Of a stretch of 64,000 nt of DNA, positions 59,543-64,000 are shown piece by piece. Within the stretch, counting starts at the first letter, position 1. The number at the start of each line of letters is the position of its first letter. The stretch spans positions 544,001-608,000 of the forward strand of contig JBMNLH010000001.1 in assembly GCA_050952625.1 (NCBI GenBank). The letters are read 5' to 3'. A program made the position numbers and the translations under genes. The notes under the pieces are model-generated. The model made no database searches and was not told the origin of the DNA. It saw nothing but the letters and a program-made list of their open reading frames with translations. The stretch is from Bacillota bacterium (GTDB lineage Bacteria > Bacillota > Ch66 > Ch109).

Positions 59543-61447
59543 ATGGAAAAGTTACTGGTCGCGGCAATTCAATACGAGCCCGCTATGTTTGCCTATGAAG
59601 TCAACCGGGAAGAGCTTTATCACCTGACGGAAAAGGCAGCCGCCAGCGGAGCCAAGATTATTGTCCTGCCCGAAATGGCGACAACTGGTTATGGCTGGTC
59701 CAATCGGTGGGAACTAGCACCGTATGTGGAAACGATTCCCGGACCAACCACTGAGCTTTTCTCGAAAATTACCCGAGAGTATGGCTGTTATGTAGTAATT
59801 GGTCTGGCAGAAGTTGACCCAGTAACTGGTATTTACTATAATGCCGCCGCCTTAGTTGGCCCGAACGGACTAGTGGGACGTTACCGCAAGACACATCTCT
59901 TTGTGGCTGATCCGCGATGGGCCGCTGTCGGGGATTTAGGGTTTCCGGTCTGGGAAACGGAGTTTGGCCGGCTGGGAATCGCTATTTGTCTGGATCTGGA
60001 GTTTCCGGAAGTCGCTCGAGTGCTAGCTTTGAAAGGAGCTCAGATCATAGCTTTCCCCTGTAACTGGTTGGGCGAAGTCTGTCCCTCCGGTATCTGGATG
60101 ACCCGAGCCTTGGAAAACGAGGTTTGTCTGGTGGCGGCTAATCGCTGGGGACGAGAGAGGGGGGTTAAATTTAGCGGCGGCAGTTGCGTTATTGGGCCGC
60201 AGGGGAATATCCTGGCTTTTCGGGGCAACGGCAATGGAGTTGTGGCTGCGGAGCTGTCTATACGTCTGACGAAGAGTGCTCCTGAACCGGCTTCCTCGGT
60301 GACAGAAAGTAATCAGGAACCGGAACGGCAGCTGGATCAGCAGACTGATGAGCAGAAGGAACTCCAGTTAAGGGAAGAATCTGCTTCTAGCACCCGGTTG
60401 GAACACAAACAGTTAGAGCCACTCGACGGTAGTTTTCGCCTGCCGGGAGATTATCTAATGAGACGAAGGCCGGACCTCTACCATCAGTTAATGTGCGCCG
60501 GCCATCTCTGGCGGCCAGAGACATTTTTTGGCCTTGACCGACACAGCCCACTCCCCGAAGGCCGTGAATCGCTCGTTGGATTAATTCAGTTTGAAGCCGT
60601 CCCAGGTAATCGAGATGCCAATCTAACGCGAATACAACAGTGGGTAACCCGGGCTAAGCAGGAGCAACCTGGGTTGCAGTTGTTAGTTTTCCCAGAACTG
60701 GCTAATACCGGTTTGGTAACGAATAAAATGTCAGAATTAGCTGAGTCAATTCCCGGCGCCACTTCCACCTTCTTAAGTCAAGTAGCAGTTGAACATGCCA
60801 TTTATCTGGCTTGGGGCATGGCTGAACGGGGAGAAGACGGATCGGTGTATATTACAGCCGTCTTAGCCGGTCCGGATGGTCGGATTTATACCTATCGAAA
60901 AGTTCATCTATTAGCCCGGGATGAGGTCTGGGCCCAACGGGGATCGGCTCTGCCTATGCCAATTGATACCTCACTTGGTCGAATTGGTCTGCTTCTGGGG
61001 ACCGACCTTCTTTTCCCCGAGGCAGCCCGCTGTCTGGCCAACCAGGGAGTGGATTTAATCGTAGTGCCGGCTGCTTTAGCCGGACCAGGGCCAGTCGGTC
61101 TTAGTCCAGAACAAAATTTAGAAATCTGTTCAGCTAAGATTAATGATCCCTACCACTGGTCAGTCTGGCGAGTCCGCGCCTGGGAAAACAGTGTATATTT
61201 AATAGTCGCCAATAAAGCCGGCAAAGGTGAAGTGCGGCGAGGTTTGAACCTGAGTGGGATCTTTGGCCCGATTGCCTACGAACGATCGGAGGCGGCTCAG
61301 GAAATCCTGACGGATTCGATGGAAGGTATGCTAGTTAAGACAATCAGTACTAGTCGTACTACGCGAGAGGGACGCCGGGTCCGGGCGAAGGATAATCTCC
61401 GACGCCGACAGATCGGTTTGTACCGGGAATTAGTGTTGCAGGGGTAG
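59543..61447 (+). CDS. Tandem nitrilase / carbon-nitrogen hydrolase (two domains)
   Basis: Domain 1: LPE, YRKTHL, ICLD. Domain 2: FPE, YRKVHL, LGTD. Confidence 0.88.
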   Translation: MEKLLVAAIQYEPAMFAYEVNREELYHLTEKAAASGAKIIVLPEMATTGYGWSNRWELAPYVETIPGPTTELFSKITREYGCYVVIGLAEVDPVTGIYYNAAALVGPNGLVGRYRKTHLFVADPRWAAVGDLGFPVWETEFGRLGIAICLDLEFPEVARVLALKGAQIIAFPCNWLGEVCPSGIWMTRALENEVCLVAANRWGRERGVKFSGGSCVIGPQGNILAFRGNGNGVVAAELSIRLTKSAPEPASSVTESNQEPERQLDQQTDEQKELQLREESASSTRLEHKQLEPLDGSFRLPGDYLMRRRPDLYHQLMCAGHLWRPETFFGLDRHSPLPEGRESLVGLIQFEAVPGNRDANLTRIQQWVTRAKQEQPGLQLLVFPELANTGLVTNKMSELAESIPGATSTFLSQVAVEHAIYLAWGMAERGEDGSVYITAVLAGPDGRIYTYRKVHLLARDEVWAQRGSALPMPIDTSLGRIGLLLGTDLLFPEAARCLANQGVDLIVVPAALAGPGPVGLSPEQNLEICSAKINDPYHWSVWRVRAWENSVYLIVANKAGKGEVRRGLNLSGIFGPIAYERSEAAQEILTDSMEGMLVKTISTSRTTREGRRVRAKDNLRRRQIGLYRELVLQG

Positions 61448-61664
61448 CCAGAAGGTGCTCGCGATTAGATATTCGGGGCACCTTAAATGGTACCCCAACC
61501 TGGAGCTGCTATCTGGTTTACCGCAGCTATACTCAATATTCAGGTCACCTTAAACGGTGTCATAACTCAATGCTGGCATTTTAATGTCCGCACCCTGCTG
61601 GCCAGTTGGCTCAGGACAACTGGCACCGCGATGCTCTTGATGGGAAAAGGCTTAAATTACTAAT

Positions 61665-62135
61665 TTAAAAGTTAAATAATAAAGTAGCACTGAGCCCAGA
61701 GATTAATAAACCCGCTATTATGACCCCGAAAAATATAGCAATTAGTGAGTTCCAAAATTTTAACCCCAGAAATACAGCCGCGAAGGCTCCAGTCCAAGCC
61801 CCAGTGCCAGGGAGGGGGATGCCAACGAAAACCATTAGGCCTAACCATCCCCAGTGCTGTATTTTCTCGTGGAGTTTTTTACTCTTTTTATTTCCCAATC
61901 GAACGAGCCACTGATGAATACGCGGCAGGCTTTTAAGCCAATTCAGCAAATAGTTCATGCCGATCAGGATGAAAGGCACCGGCAGCATATTTCCGATAAG
62001 GGATAGAATCAACACTTTGCCAAGCGGCAGATTCATGGCTACGCCTAGGGGGATGGCCCCCCTTAGTTCTAGAATAGGGGTTGCCGCGGTGATTATTACC
62101 AGCCATTCCTCTTTCATTCGAGAACTCCTGAACAA
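61665..62135 (-). CDS. Small multi-drug export family membrane protein (COG2426-like)
   Basis: PILELRGAIP, GNMLPVP, FVGIPLPGTGAWTG. Confidence 0.85.
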   Translation of the reverse strand: MFRSSRMKEEWLVIITAATPILELRGAIPLGVAMNLPLGKVLILSLIGNMLPVPFILIGMNYLLNWLKSLPRIHQWLVRLGNKKSKKLHEKIQHWGWLGLMVFVGIPLPGTGAWTGAFAAVFLGLKFWNSLIAIFFGVIIAGLLISGLSATLLFNF

Positions 62136-62327
62136 TCATTTTCAATACTGTATCGTATGAAAAATATTATTCTACGAATAGTTGTCTTTTCCTTCATTCA
62201 TTACTTCACTTGCACCGGATTAAGAGACAGCGGAGAATATAATGAAAGAAATAAGAACACAAAAATAGCATCGTTTCAGGTTATTCACAAATCAATGAGA
62301 ACCAGGGATAATAACTATTAGGGATAA

Positions 62328-62451
62328 TTGAACTCGTTCGGCTTTGCTGAACATCATGACTTCAGACAGAGACTCTGCGCTACTGAAGTTTAAACAAGAT
62401 AACCCTCATTTATAATTTATAGAAGTAGGAGTCTTTTGATTCAGATAAAGT
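62328..62451 (-). mobile_element. Mini-IS element, copy 6 (inverted, near complete)
   Basis: TTGAACTCGTTCGGCTTTGCTGAACATC...CTGAAGTTTAAACAAG...TATAGAAGTAGGAGTCTTTTGATTCAGATAAA is the reverse complement of copy 1. Confidence 0.6.
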
Positions 62452-62506
62452 TTCTATATGAATATGCGGTTAAGTAACATTAACCCTATATCCACAGAGG
62501 TGCAGC

Positions 62507-63583
62507 ATGCAGATTGATCCTGAAAATAGTGACGTCGCTCAACCAAGTAGGCTGATTACAAGGAGTAATGAACTAAGAAAGATAGGGGAATTCGGTTTAA
62601 TTGCTCAACTGAACCGTTTGTTAGGACATACTGAAGATGAGCTAAAATCCCTAGGAGTGGAATGTGGGATTGGGGACGATGCTGCGGTTTTAAATCTGCC
62701 ATTTGGCGAGCAGATGCTGATCACTAATGACATAATGATTGAAGGCACTCACTTTATCTGGGAAAAGATTCCCCCGGCATCGCTCGGTTATAAGCTGATG
62801 GCCATCAACCTTAGTGACATTGCGGCAATGGGCGGTACTCCTCGATTTGCGGTCGTTTCCCTGGGGATCAATGACCAGCTAACATTAATGGATGCTGAAG
62901 CTATCTATCAAGGCATGCGGGATCTGACTCAATGCTTCCATGTCCTGATTGTTGGTGGGGATACGGTTCGTTCCCCACTTTTGACTCTGGGGCTTACGTT
63001 GATTGGTACGGTACCGGCTGGTAAGGCCGTACTTCGTTCTGGTGCCCAACCGGATGATATTCTCTTGGTTACCGGTTCCCTGGGGAAGTCAGCTGCCGGT
63101 TTGGAACTGATAATCGGAGAGGCGTCCATATCCGGCATAGCCAGGGATCAAGTGTTAAAAGCCCATTACTGTCCCTATCCCCGAGTAATAGAGGGAAAGC
63201 TTCTGGCTGATTTAGGTTGGGTTCATGCGATGATCGATATCAGTGACGGACTGGCCAGCGAGGTTACCCACATCTGTCAGCAAAGTGGAGTTGGGGCTGA
63301 GGTTTGGGAGGAGGCCCTGCCTATTGATGGTGATACCCAAGAAATAGCGGAAAAACTAAGCCGTGATCCTCGCCAATGGGCCCTTTGCGGGGGAGAGGAC
63401 TACGAACTCTTGTTGACTGTGGCGGCGGACCGGGTTGAGGATACTCAAAAAGTCCTAGCCCAGGTGGGGTGCAGTTTAACTCCAATCGGTCGCATTCTTC
63501 CAGCGTCAGCCGGTCTGAGGCTAAAGCGTTCCGGAGGAATGGTGCCGTTGAGTATGGGAGGCTATAATCACTTTTCTCCCTAG
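62507..63583 (+). CDS. thiL: Thiamine-monophosphate kinase
   Basis: GEFGLI, GIGDDAA, NLSDIAAMGG, GGDT, DISDGL, GGEDYEL. Confidence 0.93.
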   Translation: MQIDPENSDVAQPSRLITRSNELRKIGEFGLIAQLNRLLGHTEDELKSLGVECGIGDDAAVLNLPFGEQMLITNDIMIEGTHFIWEKIPPASLGYKLMAINLSDIAAMGGTPRFAVVSLGINDQLTLMDAEAIYQGMRDLTQCFHVLIVGGDTVRSPLLTLGLTLIGTVPAGKAVLRSGAQPDDILLVTGSLGKSAAGLELIIGEASISGIARDQVLKAHYCPYPRVIEGKLLADLGWVHAMIDISDGLASEVTHICQQSGVGAEVWEEALPIDGDTQEIAEKLSRDPRQWALCGGEDYELLLTVAADRVEDTQKVLAQVGCSLTPIGRILPASAGLRLKRSGGMVPLSMGGYNHFSP

Positions 63584-63637
63584 GTGCTCTACACCATACA
63601 CCAATAAAAGGCCTTTTATTTACCCATGACTATCTTA

Positions 63638-63690
63638 CGTCTAACCCCGAACACCTGACGTCTAACACCTGACGTCTAACGCCTAACGCC
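63638..63690 (+). repeat. Short heptamer tandem repeats
   Basis: ...GAACACC TGACGTC TAACACC TGACGTC TAACGCC TAACGCC. Confidence 0.55.
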
Positions 63691-63748
63691 TTATTTTTCA
63701 CATCTTAGGCTCCATTAACAAAATAGCACTGGAGGTTAGCTAGTTATT

Positions 63749-64000
63749 ATGTATCCTGTTGCCTTAACTATTGCCGGCTCTGATCCCTCGGGGGGAGCAG
63801 GAATCCAGGCTGATCTTAAAACCTTTATGGCTTTTGGTGTGTATGGAGCCAGTGTGATTACGGCCGTAACTGCCCAGAACACCCAAGGAGTCTCGGCGGT
63901 GAACCCGGTTCCCGGAGAATGGGTGCAGGGACAACTGGAGTCAGTTTTGAGCGATCTCTGTCCGAAATCTATTAAACTCGGACTGCTTCCGACCAGAGAG
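63749..64000 (+). CDS. thiD: HMP/HMP-P kinase, 5' part (truncated by the window end)
   Basis: [26 protein letters not shown]...[11 protein letters not shown]; RBS GGAGG. Confidence 0.92.
   Translation, partial: MYPVALTIAGSDPSGGAGIQADLKTFMAFGVYGASVITAVTAQNTQGVSAVNPVPGEWVQGQLESVLSDLCPKSIKLGLLPTRE

Overview
A 64-kb window from a spore-forming, flagellated, anaerobic Firmicute (Clostridia-like; yunB, flgG, SLH proteins). Housekeeping genes lie at both ends (polX, U32 protein, mutS2, class A PBP, tyrS, galU; nitrilase, thiL, thiD). A SAM-I-riboswitch-controlled metH operon carries the methanogen-type homocysteine genes (DUF39, NIL-ferredoxin, UPF0280). The notable content is two molybdenum/tungsten-cofactor loci, marked by four Moco-class riboswitches. 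All four lack stem P3 (the tungsten-associated variant), and each is followed by an intrinsic terminator. Locus 1 (14.5-23.6 kb) has a FeCT-type ABC importer, an orphan AmmeMemoRadiSam-type radical SAM enzyme, an unknown protein, an unannotated 43-aa Cys/His peptide and a MOT1 transporter, with a TsaA-FmdE fusion and modD transcribed divergently. Locus 2 (33.6-59.2 kb) is the best candidate for an undescribed system. A ModE-type wHTH/TupA-like regulator with two palindromic operators precedes about 24 kb of secreted or surface-anchored proteins carrying about 12 sulfite-oxidase-like molybdopterin-binding domains. The same run includes an ExbB/DUF2149 pair, a secreted purple acid phosphatase, an SLH scaffold, a lipoprotein and an ECF transporter whose S-component is fused to the same domain. 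I infer a cell-surface Mo/W-pterin cofactor scavenging and import apparatus. All family assignments come from motif recognition by eye; no searches were run. Several locus 2 genes contain frameshifts that may be assembly errors.
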